Origin: a virus
Taxonomy: Duplodnaviria > Caudoviricetes
Strand: one strand, 5' to 3'
Virus record (IMG/VR): IMGVR_UViG_3300021387_001565
Location: 83,320 to 147,319 of that record
DNA length: 64,000 bases
Numbering within the stretch: the first letter of the stretch is position 1; the number at the start of each line of letters is the position of its first letter. This document shows positions 10,355 to 20,226 of this stretch, piece after piece. The position numbers were made by a program, and so were the translations under genes. The notes under the pieces were generated by a model, which saw only the letters and a list, made by a program, of their open reading frames with translations, was not told the origin of the DNA and did not search any database.

Positions 10355-12289
10355 TCAAGTTTCTTCGTAACTTGTAAAATCTATTCCTAAGTCATCTGCT
10401 GAGGGGAGTTCATCCCCGCCTGCATACTCTTCACCACCCTCTTCGGATGTCTCGGTTTCAACGTCAAAATCAGAATCACCTGCATCCAAATCGGACTTAT
10501 CCATCATATCTGAACTAGAGTCATTGAACGAATGGCTCATAGAACCCCCACCGAAGTCAGACCCAAAACCTTCATCGTTGGTGTCCTCGCCACCGCCCTG
10601 TTGTTCGTCCTCGGTCATCTGTGCAATCTGCTCATCAAGAATATCAAAAATCTCTTGGTCTGACAGAATGGGTCGAAGCAGGATAGAAAGGATACGCAAA
10701 CGCTCCTTCGGTTCGGGTATGTCTTGAAGCATGTTCATAATGTCGCTGACAAGCTGTACCTTTTGAGCAGTATTATCACGACGGTCAATCTCTTCCTGTG
10801 TGGTAGGAGACTGCATCTTAATAACAAACTTATTGATATAGCTTTCAAGCCCCTTATCCAACAGCATAAGATTAATTCCGTCAGTCACGCCCTGTACGAG
10901 ACAAGACTGAACACGCTTAACTGCCTTAGCATAACGGGATGAGATAATGGAGAGCGACTGTCCACCACTAAATCCTGCGGCATCATCCACGATACCAAAA
11001 TACTGTTTGGGAGCACGGAATGCACCGAACAATTTATCTTGATAATAATCTATATCAGTAATTCCCTTAACATCAATATCTCCGCCTATCTGCTGTGTCG
11101 AGATAGCACCAATACCCTGTCTAGTAGGAACATACACGTTATTCTCAACAGGTCCGGGGTTTGTATACTCTTCCATACTTGCCCCTGTGTTAAGTGCGGT
11201 CTTCTGCTCAACGAGATTTTTGATGCTCTGTAAATGCGGTCCGACATTTTCCTTGGGCATGTCGCCAACCTCAACGTTAATCATTCTTACGATTGAGGAT
11301 TTAGTCAGTCGGTTCAACAGCATCGAATTTTCAAGCAGGGTAAGTTCACGCCACAGCCTGTATACAGGGTAGAGCAGGGACTGTCCACGCTTAACTGTAT
11401 ATGTGTACTTGGGGTCATCGTCTGACGGAGTGCTCGATATATTAACTGTCTCGGGGTATCTGCTCGTACTATCATCAAGCGAGATATGAACAAACTCCGT
11501 TGCCTCATACACATTAACATCCTTTCGGTTGAATGTGTATGAATTGTTTATGCCTGTATAATAGTAGTTATCAGATGTAGCAGTAGCCTCTCTTGATTGT
11601 GCTACGTCAGCACGGATATATCCCACGGTCTTACCGAACTTGGTCAACTCATACATTTCGGCGGGATTAGGAACGGCTTCCATGTAGTGAGTATAGTGGT
11701 CGTTCTTATTGAACTTGTTCAATTTGATATCTTCTGTGAGGGCTTTGCGTCCTGCCACAATATCCTTAACCGCGTCTAATTTATCAATCTCAGCAGAGTT
11801 GAACAAATCATCCTGCATTTCAGACTGACGGTACAGACGCAAGTACACATCTCCATAGATTATAAGGGAACGTGCCCATTTATAGACGAACTTATCAACA
11901 TTTGATACATCGAGCAGATATGTAACAAACTTGGCAATATTAGGGTCAGTAGACTCACACCAAACAATACGCCCCTCTTCGTTTGCCTCTGTTGCGTCTT
12001 CCGCGTAAGTCTCAATAACAGCATTAACCGTAGAGTCCTCAGCCATGGCATCAAGCATGGTGTACAACATATCACGCCTATCGGATATACGTGAAAAGTT
12101 GTTAATATCCGACATGTTGATTGTGCTACCATTTGTACCTGCTGAACTTGCAAGAATGTCGTTGAGCAATGTACTCTTGGTGTCAATGCCAATATTCGTC
12201 TCAGCTTTCGGAACAGCCTTTATCGGCTTATCATACGCGTCTTGACTGACTTCCTGCTCATTTGTTTTATCGTTAATATCTTCTCTCAT
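10355..12289 (-). CDS. Portal protein (gp20-like)
   Basis: LIIYGDVY, LLENSMLLNRL, VEVGDMP, DIDYYQDKLFGAFRAPK. Confidence 0.93.
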   Translation of the reverse strand: MREDINDKTNEQEVSQDAYDKPIKAVPKAETNIGIDTKSTLLNDILASSAGTNGSTINMSDINNFSRISDRRDMLYTMLDAMAEDSTVNAVIETYAEDATEANEEGRIVWCESTDPNIAKFVTYLLDVSNVDKFVYKWARSLIIYGDVYLRLYRQSEMQDDLFNSAEIDKLDAVKDIVAGRKALTEDIKLNKFNKNDHYTHYMEAVPNPAEMYELTKFGKTVGYIRADVAQSREATATSDNYYYTGINNSYTFNRKDVNVYEATEFVHISLDDSTSRYPETVNISSTPSDDDPKYTYTVKRGQSLLYPVYRLWRELTLLENSMLLNRLTKSSIVRMINVEVGDMPKENVGPHLQSIKNLVEQKTALNTGASMEEYTNPGPVENNVYVPTRQGIGAISTQQIGGDIDVKGITDIDYYQDKLFGAFRAPKQYFGIVDDAAGFSGGQSLSIISSRYAKAVKRVQSCLVQGVTDGINLMLLDKGLESYINKFVIKMQSPTTQEEIDRRDNTAQKVQLVSDIMNMLQDIPEPKERLRILSILLRPILSDQEIFDILDEQIAQMTEDEQQGGGEDTNDEGFGSDFGGGSMSHSFNDSSSDMMDKSDLDAGDSDFDVETETSEEGGEEYAGGDELPSADDLGIDFTSYEET

Positions 12290-12300
12290 AAATTTAATCC

Positions 12301-13155
12301 TTATTTAACAAAGAAATCTGATATATCTCCAAGGTCACTGAGGTCAATATCATCTAAGTCTATGGCATCCATATCAGCATCGTCTTCATCGTCTTCCTGC
12401 ACAAGTTCAATACGTTCGTGAGGAAACTGCATTCCGTTTACATTAAAAATGATATTATCATTATCTAAAGTAAAATCAATGGACGATTTTGCCTTCTCCA
12501 AATCCTCGTCAGACATGTACCGCTGTGCTCGGTCAAGGTCAAACTGAATCTGGTCAATGAGGTACTCTCGGCACTTACGCTCATCCGTAGGATACCTGTA
12601 GGATAGAGCATTGGTGATAGCCGTATCGATTTCATGCATCATGCGGTTACGGTACTTCTCATCTACTTGACGCTTGTGTAAATCTTCATCCGCCCAACGG
12701 ATAACAAGTACGGGGAACTTCTCATCATCCCAACCAAACATGTTCGCCGCCATAAGCATACGATGAAGACCTTCCTGTTGCCCCTCAGCATAGTTAATGT
12801 ACGGCATGAACAGCTTAGTGTGGTACTTGGTCACGATATCGGAAAGCTCGTCTATTATCCGCTTGTCCCGTCCGCGTTGTTGTGTGAGGTCATCCATCGT
12901 GACGGCATGGTCAGAATGTTCCGTGAACACCTTTGCACATTCCTCAAAATATTGTCGAGGTGTCATATACTCGACTGTGCCTACCATATTCTCCTTCTCC
13001 AACATATAGTCTTTGTTGGTGAAAAGTTGGTCGTAAAAGGAAGTTCCTGTAGTGTCTGCAAAAATATCTGTACCCGAGGCTTTGCCCGTGCCCCAATCAA
13101 CAATATCCCTGTCTTTGTCAAGATAGGCAAGTGCTTCAACAAGCCTAAACCTCAT
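12301..13155 (-). CDS. Protein with ParB/Srx-like motif, candidate head cargo
   Basis: EYMTP..YF and QEGLHRM...FPVLVI; N-terminal MRFRLVEA. Confidence 0.55.
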   Translation of the reverse strand: MRFRLVEALAYLDKDRDIVDWGTGKASGTDIFADTTGTSFYDQLFTNKDYMLEKENMVGTVEYMTPRQYFEECAKVFTEHSDHAVTMDDLTQQRGRDKRIIDELSDIVTKYHTKLFMPYINYAEGQQEGLHRMLMAANMFGWDDEKFPVLVIRWADEDLHKRQVDEKYRNRMMHEIDTAITNALSYRYPTDERKCREYLIDQIQFDLDRAQRYMSDEDLEKAKSSIDFTLDNDNIIFNVNGMQFPHERIELVQEDDEDDADMDAIDLDDIDLSDLGDISDFFVK

Positions 13156-13185
13156 AGTCTATCACCTCAATTAGTACATACAATG

Positions 13186-15615
13186 TCAGAACACAATTAT
13201 TCCTTGACTTATATAAGGGTTAAACCCATTAGTAGACATCGTTGCGCTCTTTGGTACAGCATTGGCGTGAGCGGCTTTAAGTTCCTCTTCAAAGTCCATG
13301 ATTATCTGCTGTCTGATTGACTCTCCTGTCGGGTCGGTGTTCATCTTAACAGCTTCCTGCATATCTTCACCATAATCAAATGCGAACTCAGCGGCATGAA
13401 GTGAAGCATTGTACAAAGCACCACACACCGCATCCGAAGAGTCCTTTGAGTTAATACCCGAAGGGCTGTGGTCAATCTTACCATTGCTATCACGAACAAG
13501 ACCGATAATCTCATCCGTGAGCAGTTTAGATGCATATGTCTCTATACGTTCTTCGTATATGGCGTTCTTAAAGGTGAGGTACGGTATACATATCCTATCC
13601 TGCAACCTATCCACGGAAATCGTGGAACAGTTAAAATTATGCGCTGATAAGGTCTGTGCTAAATCCGCACTTTGGTAAGTATCGTAGGACACTCCCCTTA
13701 CATTAAATCCATTCTCACGAAGCCAATAGAGGAATTGTCGGTTCTTCTCAAAGGAAACTTGATGACCCTTCGGGGCTTTTACCGACACGTGAAAGGCAAG
13801 ACCGTAATATAGTTCCTTGGAATCGGGTACTCCCTCTTGATGTGGTTTCTTGCCCAAAATCCACACACCGCCAATACCTGTCTTATCACCACTTAGTGAC
13901 ATATCAAGATGCACGTATAGTGGTTTGTACTTCATGTTCGGGTCAACCCTGTCTAAGTCGAAAAAGTCTTTATACTGAACTAAATCGTCGGGAGCATTTC
14001 CAACTACGATAACCTCTTTGGTAAACGGATTTACTCTGCCCTCTTTGCGGCATCTTGCCCAACGGACACCATTGATATAGTTCATGCTGTTCGTGGTTGA
14101 GATACCTGCAATATCAGTCAGTGCAATATCAAGGTCATCAACGAACTGCTCATAATATCCCATAGGGACATCGAGAATCATATATCCCTTGTCTCGGTAT
14201 ATCTGAATCTCTTCTTCGCTTACGTCAAGCGGTAAAACCTCACTGTCAAGGAATTTGTTACCTACAGCAACCTTAAACTTCCTCGGGCTGTCCTTATCAT
14301 TACGGATTACCCACTGAGGTTCATCTATGATTAAAGTCGTTTTGGACTCGTTCTGTTTCTTTTTATCTATATAAGTTTCAAGGAATGACTGCTCGGTACG
14401 TTTGGATGAAGCAAGGATATGAAGCGTAGGCAGGAACTCGCCCTTCATAAAACGTGACTGCATACGAGCATCAACCGAACTGATTAGGGCTTTTGCCTTT
14501 TCCTTCTGCTTCTCAATGTCTTGATTTAATTGGAAACTGACCTCATCGTCGAAATCACAGTTATGAGATACAACATAGCCATCCTTACATCTGATAAAAA
14601 AATTATGTGCGGGAGCGGCTTCCACTACGTCATAAAATTGCTTTGGCTCTCCCAACTTGTTTATGGTTATCTTATGTATGTGCTGAGTACGTAAAGTCAT
14701 TCCAAAATTACGTGCTACGAGAACATCCGATGAGGTAAGATGCTGTGCTTCCTTGTACCGCCCCGTAGTTAGCAAGAACCTGTGGTTAACCGTACACCTA
14801 ATCTCTGTCCCATCTGTTAACTCAACCACGCACTCTGTGTCTGTCTTAACAGTAGGCACAACGGTGCAATCATCGCTCACAGCCAACTGACCCAAACTGC
14901 TCTCCGAGTACACTTTAATGGACTTTCCAACGAGCGACTTTATAGTAAACTCACCTTTTGTGGTAAGTATCTTCGTATCTCCGTCTAAACAAAATACAGC
15001 ACGTCCGATTATATGTCTAGGCTGTGAACCGTATATTAACTCTATTCCGCCGTTTGGTTGCCAAACAGGTTCGTCTGCTTTGTTCAACGTACCATGTGAC
15101 ATAAACCACGGGCTGGACTGAACTAACTGTTGGCACTTATTCCATGCAACACCCTGTGCCGCATCTTTGGTGATATTGATGAAACTGAACGTGATTAAGT
15201 CAATAGGCTGTAACCCGTAATGCTTATATGGGTCTTTAAGACACAGCATACGATACATCATATACAGAAGGGCTATTACCGCAATAAAGGATTTACCAAG
15301 ACCGATAGCACCCGTCAAGACCAATGTGTTATATGCAGTATCTACATTTGTAGGAAAGAGTTTGTGAAGCATTTCTTCCCAATAAGGGAACACAGTAAAC
15401 CTGCCCTCATCGTCTGTAAGACCATTTCCGAGGTAAATCGGGTTATGCAAGAAAGTCTCTATATCTACAGGTATTTCAGCATAGTCATCATATATCAGTG
15501 TGTCATAAGACTGTGATTGACCGCAGGAAGCATACTCTGAAAGTATCTTTAGTACCTCAGAGCGTTCTTCCTCGGTCAATCCTTCTAACTCTTCATCAAT
15601 TAGTAAATTCTGCAT
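13186..15615 (-). CDS. terL: Terminase large subunit with mini-intein
   Basis: Walker A GAIGLGKS, Walker B FDDE after intein removal, nuclease HLDMS..GD, SYDTYQS, KIDH...SKDSSDAVCG. Confidence 0.95.
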   Translation of the reverse strand: MQNLLIDEELEGLTEEERSEVLKILSEYASCGQSQSYDTLIYDDYAEIPVDIETFLHNPIYLGNGLTDDEGRFTVFPYWEEMLHKLFPTNVDTAYNTLVLTGAIGLGKSFIAVIALLYMMYRMLCLKDPYKHYGLQPIDLITFSFINITKDAAQGVAWNKCQQLVQSSPWFMSHGTLNKADEPVWQPNGGIELIYGSQPRHIIGRAVFCLDGDTKILTTKGEFTIKSLVGKSIKVYSESSLGQLAVSDDCTVVPTVKTDTECVVELTDGTEIRCTVNHRFLLTTGRYKEAQHLTSSDVLVARNFGMTLRTQHIHKITINKLGEPKQFYDVVEAAPAHNFFIRCKDGYVVSHNCDFDDEVSFQLNQDIEKQKEKAKALISSVDARMQSRFMKGEFLPTLHILASSKRTEQSFLETYIDKKKQNESKTTLIIDEPQWVIRNDKDSPRKFKVAVGNKFLDSEVLPLDVSEEEIQIYRDKGYMILDVPMGYYEQFVDDLDIALTDIAGISTTNSMNYINGVRWARCRKEGRVNPFTKEVIVVGNAPDDLVQYKDFFDLDRVDPNMKYKPLYVHLDMSLSGDKTGIGGVWILGKKPHQEGVPDSKELYYGLAFHVSVKAPKGHQVSFEKNRQFLYWLRENGFNVRGVSYDTYQSADLAQTLSAHNFNCSTISVDRLQDRICIPYLTFKNAIYEERIETYASKLLTDEIIGLVRDSNGKIDHSPSGINSKDSSDAVCGALYNASLHAAEFAFDYGEDMQEAVKMNTDPTGESIRQQIIMDFEEELKAAHANAVPKSATMSTNGFNPYISQGIIVF
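14560..14991 (-). other. Mini-intein (144 aa, no endonuclease) in TerL
   Basis: Starts CLDGDTKI, block B CTVNHRF, ends VVSHN before +1 Cys. Confidence 0.92.
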
Positions 15616-15650
15616 TTAACTTTTGTCCTCTTAATCAAAATCCCTCGTCA

Positions 15651-16001
15651 TCAAGAGCCTTTTTCTTCATCTCCATGTTTATTGCCGAGTTTAAGGACAT
15701 TAGCCTCACCCTTACCTGTAGTAACTAATTGTCCACCGTTTACTTTTTCTTCAATAAACTTATCAAGAGCCTCATCTACCGCTGTTTGTTCTGCTGTACG
15801 GTATTTATAAGCATCCTTGTGCTTATAATCTCCATACTTCTTAAAAGCCGTCTCAAAATCGGGATAGCCCTTTCTCTTATTATTATCTATGATATTGAGA
15901 GTATTACGGTCAACGATAACATATCGTTCCTGCCCTCTCATCTCACCACGTTCACCATAACATCTTGTACTCTTAACAATTAAAACATTACGACACTGCA
16001 T
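15651..16001 (-). CDS. Hypothetical protein upstream of terL
   Basis: ORF with late-promoter motif upstream; start codon uncertain. Confidence 0.55.
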   Translation of the reverse strand: MQCRNVLIVKSTRCYGERGEMRGQERYVIVDRNTLNIIDNNKRKGYPDFETAFKKYGDYKHKDAYKYRTAEQTAVDEALDKFIEEKVNGGQLVTTGKGEANVLKLGNKHGDEEKGS

Positions 16002-16761
16002 ATAAAAATCCTCTCAATTAGTCTAATCTTAAAACCTATGGTTACAATATGATTATACAATGAGCACATGTAAAAATGGGCATAATTATGCTTAAAGGGA
16101 TAAATTGATTGAGAAGTAAAGAGATTAAAGAATTACACCTATCGGTGTACTAAAATCTTACGAACTAAAATCCTGTTCGTAAGATTTTAGATTTTTAAGG
16201 CGTTACGCCTATAAGACAATATCTACAGAAGCAGGAATACTTAGGAACATTCTTGAAGACAGACTTTTCCCTGTAAATCATCAAATTTCATGTGAAGTAT
16301 TCACGAAATCTGATTACAGGAGAAAAGTCGGTGTCTGCCGTCTACAGTGAGCGAGGTTACCCTTGAGGTTACTTCCGTCAGACTCTTCTTGACTTGATAG
16401 GCATTTCAGCATATCTAGTAATCTTGATACTCGTTCGTCCGTATCTTCAAGCGCATTCCTAACGATTACTATTCCCTTACCCGAACGACCATTCCCTACC
16501 GAATTTTATTTATTTGGATTGTGCGTAGTCCATATTCCAATGTCGAGCAAGTTGCATTTAGAAGAGTTAATGCAATGTCCGAGGATATTTACTATTTAGG
16601 CTTCCCACACCACGACCGAGGTTTTTTACTGAGCCTGTCTCACGTTGTCTAGTTGCTCACTCTAGTATTTAGTTGAAAAAATGCGAATGGCGTAGCCCCC
16701 CATTTACCTACAGGTGAATGAGCTCTACGCCAATATATTCTTATCAATGTGCTTTAGTGCT

Positions 16762-16890
16762 GTGAACTACTCGGCAACAAGTTACCGAGCTTCTTGCTTC
16801 AACCACAACTGCTAGGCTAAAACCAAAGGTCTAGGCTAGTCTTACACAGTGTCCACAAGCGTATAGGTTCGGGCAGTTCCTGCCCTACTA
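16762..16890 (-). ncRNA. Orphan IS605 right end / TnpB omegaRNA scaffold
   Basis: Co-linear with tnpB 3' region 55410-55540 (GTGAACTAC, GCTTCAACCAC, TCCACA.GCGT, AGTTCCT.CCCTA); no tnpB beside it. Confidence 0.8.
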
Positions 16891-17024
16891 TAAGTATTTA
16901 CTGAAGGATTTAGGCTACCTCTAGTAGTAACCGAGAATTCCCGCCCGAATCCTTAAATCAATTTTCATAATAAGGCATGTTATACAATCTGTCAATAAGG
17001 ATTTTGAAAATTTTTGAACTTTTT

Positions 17025-17061
17025 AAATCTGTTGATTTTCTTACTCAAGGTAGTTTATAAT
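17025..17061 (+). promoter_or_regulatory. Early-type promoter AAATCTG-TTGATT-N18-TATAAT
   Basis: Same motif at about 10 other intergenic sites on minus strand. Confidence 0.85.
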
Positions 17062-17108
17062 TATCTTGTAAGTTAAATCCAAGACAGACAAGCAAGGGGG
17101 TACGCAAC

Positions 17109-17360
17109 ATGGCATTACATCTTAACGATTGGGCACTGTTTTGTGAAGAGGGTTTTCGCTTAGTAGCCGAATACGAGGTGTTTGAAAAAGATAAGAGAAA
17201 ACTCAATATCCGTTGCTACTCTAACGGTACGCAGTATCTTGTAAGACATTGGTTTACAGGCAGAATAGCGTGGGATGACATCTACACAGATAAATTACTT
17301 GCCAACAAGAAAGTGTTCGACCTGCTCCACACATACAAGTACCACAAAAGACTTGCCTAA
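17109..17360 (+). CDS. Hypothetical early protein
   Basis: AGGGGGTACG RBS, first gene after promoter. Confidence 0.75.
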   Translation: MALHLNDWALFCEEGFRLVAEYEVFEKDKRKLNIRCYSNGTQYLVRHWFTGRIAWDDIYTDKLLANKKVFDLLHTYKYHKRLA

Positions 17361-17380
17361 CACAGAAAGGAAAAACTCAT

Positions 17381-17700
17381 ATGAGCATAGCAGATAGTTA
17401 CGAAATTAACGTAGCAAAAATAAACCGCACTACAGGAAGAGCCGAACATTACTGCAAAATACAGTTGTCTGAGACTCTTGAGCAGGAGGCAAAAAAGAAG
17501 TTCGAAGAGGTGAAGACACCATTGAGCAGGTTAGACAGTTCATTGATGAGGCTAATGCTCAAGCAGAATCAAAGGGCTATAAATCGGAACGGTTCTGTAT
17601 CGTAAGAACTGAGTTCCATAGTTTCTTTGATATGGACGGCAACTTCCTCAGAAGAGAGATAACTACCAACAGAGTTGAGATTTATCCTGCAACACTTTAA
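17381..17700 (+). CDS. Hypothetical protein; frame 0 stops at 17605, -1 frame continues to 17700
   Basis: In-phase A_AAA_AAG at 17491-17497; -1 frame ends at next gene RBS. Confidence 0.55.
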
Positions 17701-17711
17701 GGGGGACAACA

Positions 17712-17990
17712 ATGGTTAAGGGAATCGTTAATGCTAGTGACGCTCATGCGCGTTCTTATGCGAACAGTAAATGCGGTCAAATAGTGCTTACACTGCTTGG
17801 CACGGTAGAGGAAAAAATCGAAGAAGCCTGTAACGAGGGTAAATTTGGTTGTATGGTTAAATTTACCAAAAAGAAATTTCCCTACATCGATTCGACATAC
17901 GTACAGGACAAACTCTGCGAAGAACTTAAAGAACTTGGGTATGACGTTTTGTATTCTCCTAAATACAGGAGTTTAAATATTTCGTGGTGA
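17712..17990 (+). CDS. Hypothetical early protein
   Basis: GGGGGA RBS, coupled to next gene. Confidence 0.75.
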   Translation: MVKGIVNASDAHARSYANSKCGQIVLTLLGTVEEKIEEACNEGKFGCMVKFTKKKFPYIDSTYVQDKLCEELKELGYDVLYSPKYRSLNISW

Positions 17991-17991
17991 G

Positions 17992-18405
17992 GTGAACATG
18001 AGTAAACGATATACATATTTTCAGCCGAACAAAAAAGACATCAAAGACCAAGTAGGTGATTGTCAGATACGAGCATTCTGCAAGGTGCTTGACATCGATT
18101 GGCTTGCCGCATTCGATATGACCATACCGATTTGCAGAGAGTTGCAGACGTACACGATTTTCGACTGTGACCTAAAGAAGACCAAAGCGGCAATGGAAAC
18201 CCTCGGGTTTACCTATACAGGTATCTCCAACAAGAAGGGCAGTAAGCGCCCTACTGTAGACAGCTTTGCAAAAGACCATCCGACAGGACGCTACATTGTA
18301 TCAGTTTCTCACCATGTGGTAGCCGTCGTGGACGGAAAATATTATGACACATGGGACAGTGGCGGAAAGTCGCTGTACGGGTATTACACAAAGAACGCTC
18401 AATAA
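17992..18405 (+). CDS. Phage protein with Cys-His-Asp pattern (putative papain-fold hydrolase)
   Basis: GDCQIRA ... HHVVAVVDGKYYDTWDSG. Confidence 0.7.
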   Translation: MNMSKRYTYFQPNKKDIKDQVGDCQIRAFCKVLDIDWLAAFDMTIPICRELQTYTIFDCDLKKTKAAMETLGFTYTGISNKKGSKRPTVDSFAKDHPTGRYIVSVSHHVVAVVDGKYYDTWDSGGKSLYGYYTKNAQ

Positions 18406-18407
18406 AG

Positions 18408-18433
18408 AAAACCCCCGCAAGAACGCGGGGGTT
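18408..18433. terminator. Bidirectional terminator between convergent genes
   Basis: AACCCCCGC-AAGAAC-GCGGGGGTT. Confidence 0.85.
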
Positions 18434-18444
18434 CATTTCGTATA

Positions 18445-19098
18445 TCAATTAATTCTGAATGCCATCCATCCACCATCGAGGTCAATCTGCTTACCGTCAT
18501 AACGGGCAAGTTCATTAGCATATCCGTCTTGGTCAATCACTTCGTCAGCGATAGCTTCAATATCGAGGTTAGCGTAGTCACGGGCGGCTTTGCCAAATTC
18601 CTCTTTTCCAAAGTTATCCTTAAACCACTCAAGCGGATTTCCTGCTTGGTCAACGAGATAATCAGCGTATTCTTCCTTAAGGTCTTTCTCGCCTGTATAG
18701 TCAAGACCATCATCTGTCTCGGTCAAATCTTCCTCGGAGATAATTCCTGCTTCTACACATTCCTCAACAAGTCGATTAGCGTAATTACCACTTCCGCTCT
18801 CACTCTCAATGTCGTAGGCATAACTTTCCTCACTCTCACGGAGTGCTTCATCAAACCACTCAGAGTTACCTGCGGCGTTATCAAGAATCCACTCTTGAAA
18901 CTCGGGAGTGAAAGCGTTAATACCTAAATCATCGATAAGGCTCTCGACATCTCTGATAACTTCCTCTCTTGCTTCGTCCTCGTTAACGACAAGATATTCC
19001 TCTCCATCATCAGTCTCAAATACCGTATCGTTGTAACCATCAATAAGGTCTTCCACATTAATGCCAAGATATTCTGCTAATGCCTGTGCTCTATCCAT
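18445..19098 (-). CDS. Highly acidic protein, DNA-mimic candidate
   Basis: Very D/E-rich; EEYLV..EDEA and DG..NELARYDG. Confidence 0.7.
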   Translation of the reverse strand: MDRAQALAEYLGINVEDLIDGYNDTVFETDDGEEYLVVNEDEAREEVIRDVESLIDDLGINAFTPEFQEWILDNAAGNSEWFDEALRESEESYAYDIESESGSGNYANRLVEECVEAGIISEEDLTETDDGLDYTGEKDLKEEYADYLVDQAGNPLEWFKDNFGKEEFGKAARDYANLDIEAIADEVIDQDGYANELARYDGKQIDLDGGWMAFRIN

Positions 19099-19100
19099 TA

Positions 19101-19667
19101 TTAATTCCTCTCTTTAAGCTCACGTGCCATGTTTATAGTCGGTAATGTATCCAAACAAGTTTTCACCTTATCCTGTAATCCGTGGTTTCCACCACATCTC
19201 GTATAAGCTTCGGTTAATCGCTTGAACGCTTCCTTTTCATCGCTTGGAATACCATGCACGGAATACATGTAATACTTACACTTACGGTTTATCGTATCGT
19301 ACAGGTCTTCCATTGTAGCGTTTTCAAGTGCGCCAAATTTACCGTCGAGTTTATCAAGTTTCGTCTCAATCTTCGTGTCACTCTCTTTTAACATATTAAT
19401 CTGTTCTGTAAGTTCAGAAAGACTATCGGTTAACGTTTTTGTAGTTGTTGCAAGAGTAGTGACTGTGTTTTTAAATTCCGCTGACTCTCTTTTTCTTTTG
19501 TTCTCGATACCAAATCTAGTACAGAAAGCATCTACACCTTTGGTAACGAGGTTTACCCCTTCGATAATCGCAAACACCCAAATTACAAAGGTGAAGAAAT
19601 CTACTTCTGTTAAGATTGCTTTTAAAGTGCTCATAACTCTTGTGCTCCTTATAAAATTGTTAGACAA
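19101..19667 (-). CDS. Membrane-anchored coiled-coil lysis-module protein
   Basis: N-terminal TM, coiled coil, YTRCGGNH motif common in holin-region genes. Confidence 0.65.
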   Translation of the reverse strand: MSNNFIRSTRVMSTLKAILTEVDFFTFVIWVFAIIEGVNLVTKGVDAFCTRFGIENKRKRESAEFKNTVTTLATTTKTLTDSLSELTEQINMLKESDTKIETKLDKLDGKFGALENATMEDLYDTINRKCKYYMYSVHGIPSDEKEAFKRLTEAYTRCGGNHGLQDKVKTCLDTLPTINMARELKERN

Positions 19668-19851
19668 TCAACTATCAGTAAATTTCTTTTAAATGCGCCC
19701 ACAAGCCCCGTAGAGCCGTTTTATTATCGTAGGTGATAATTTTATCGGGCAAACAATTAAAATCCAAATACGCCCGTTCTGTGGCTTCGTAGAGGGTTGA
19801 TACGCGAATATCAACCCTCTGTATCAAGCCTATAATGTTTTATACAATGTT

Positions 19852-20226
19852 TCACTCGATAATCTTGTGCACCTCTTCGAGCGCTTCATCGATAACTCGG
19901 TCAATCCAAGCGAGAAGTTCCTCTTGGTCAACGACCTCACGCAGAATAGGGTACTGTGCATAAATAGCATCGATAACCTGACTGCGCTTAATCGACCCTG
20001 ACTTCTTATACTCGCTCCAATCTAACTCTGCCTTGGATACAAGACTAAGCATGATATCCCTAATCTGCTCTTTAGCGAGAGCGACCTTTTCCTCGTTACT
20101 GAGCTTAAGATAATTCTTAATCTTCATGTAGAGCGAGATAATGAGACCGATGATAATGATAATCATTGTCCAATTATCATTGATGAACTTAAGGAAGTTC
20201 ATAATACCATTAAGAATGTTGTTCAA
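19852..20226 (-). CDS. Holin (LL-H-like)
   Basis: One N-terminal TM; AE...SGSIKR..V...ID..IDEA pattern. Confidence 0.7.
   Translation of the reverse strand: MNNILNGIMNFLKFINDNWTMIIIIIGLIISLYMKIKNYLKLSNEEKVALAKEQIRDIMLSLVSKAELDWSEYKKSGSIKRSQVIDAIYAQYPILREVVDQEELLAWIDRVIDEALEEVHKIIE

Noticed and set aside
101-15983. Plus-strand ORFs over the structural module
   Set aside because: Antisense to well-supported minus-strand genes
15651-16001. Small terminase call
   Set aside because: Position only; no recognisable motif
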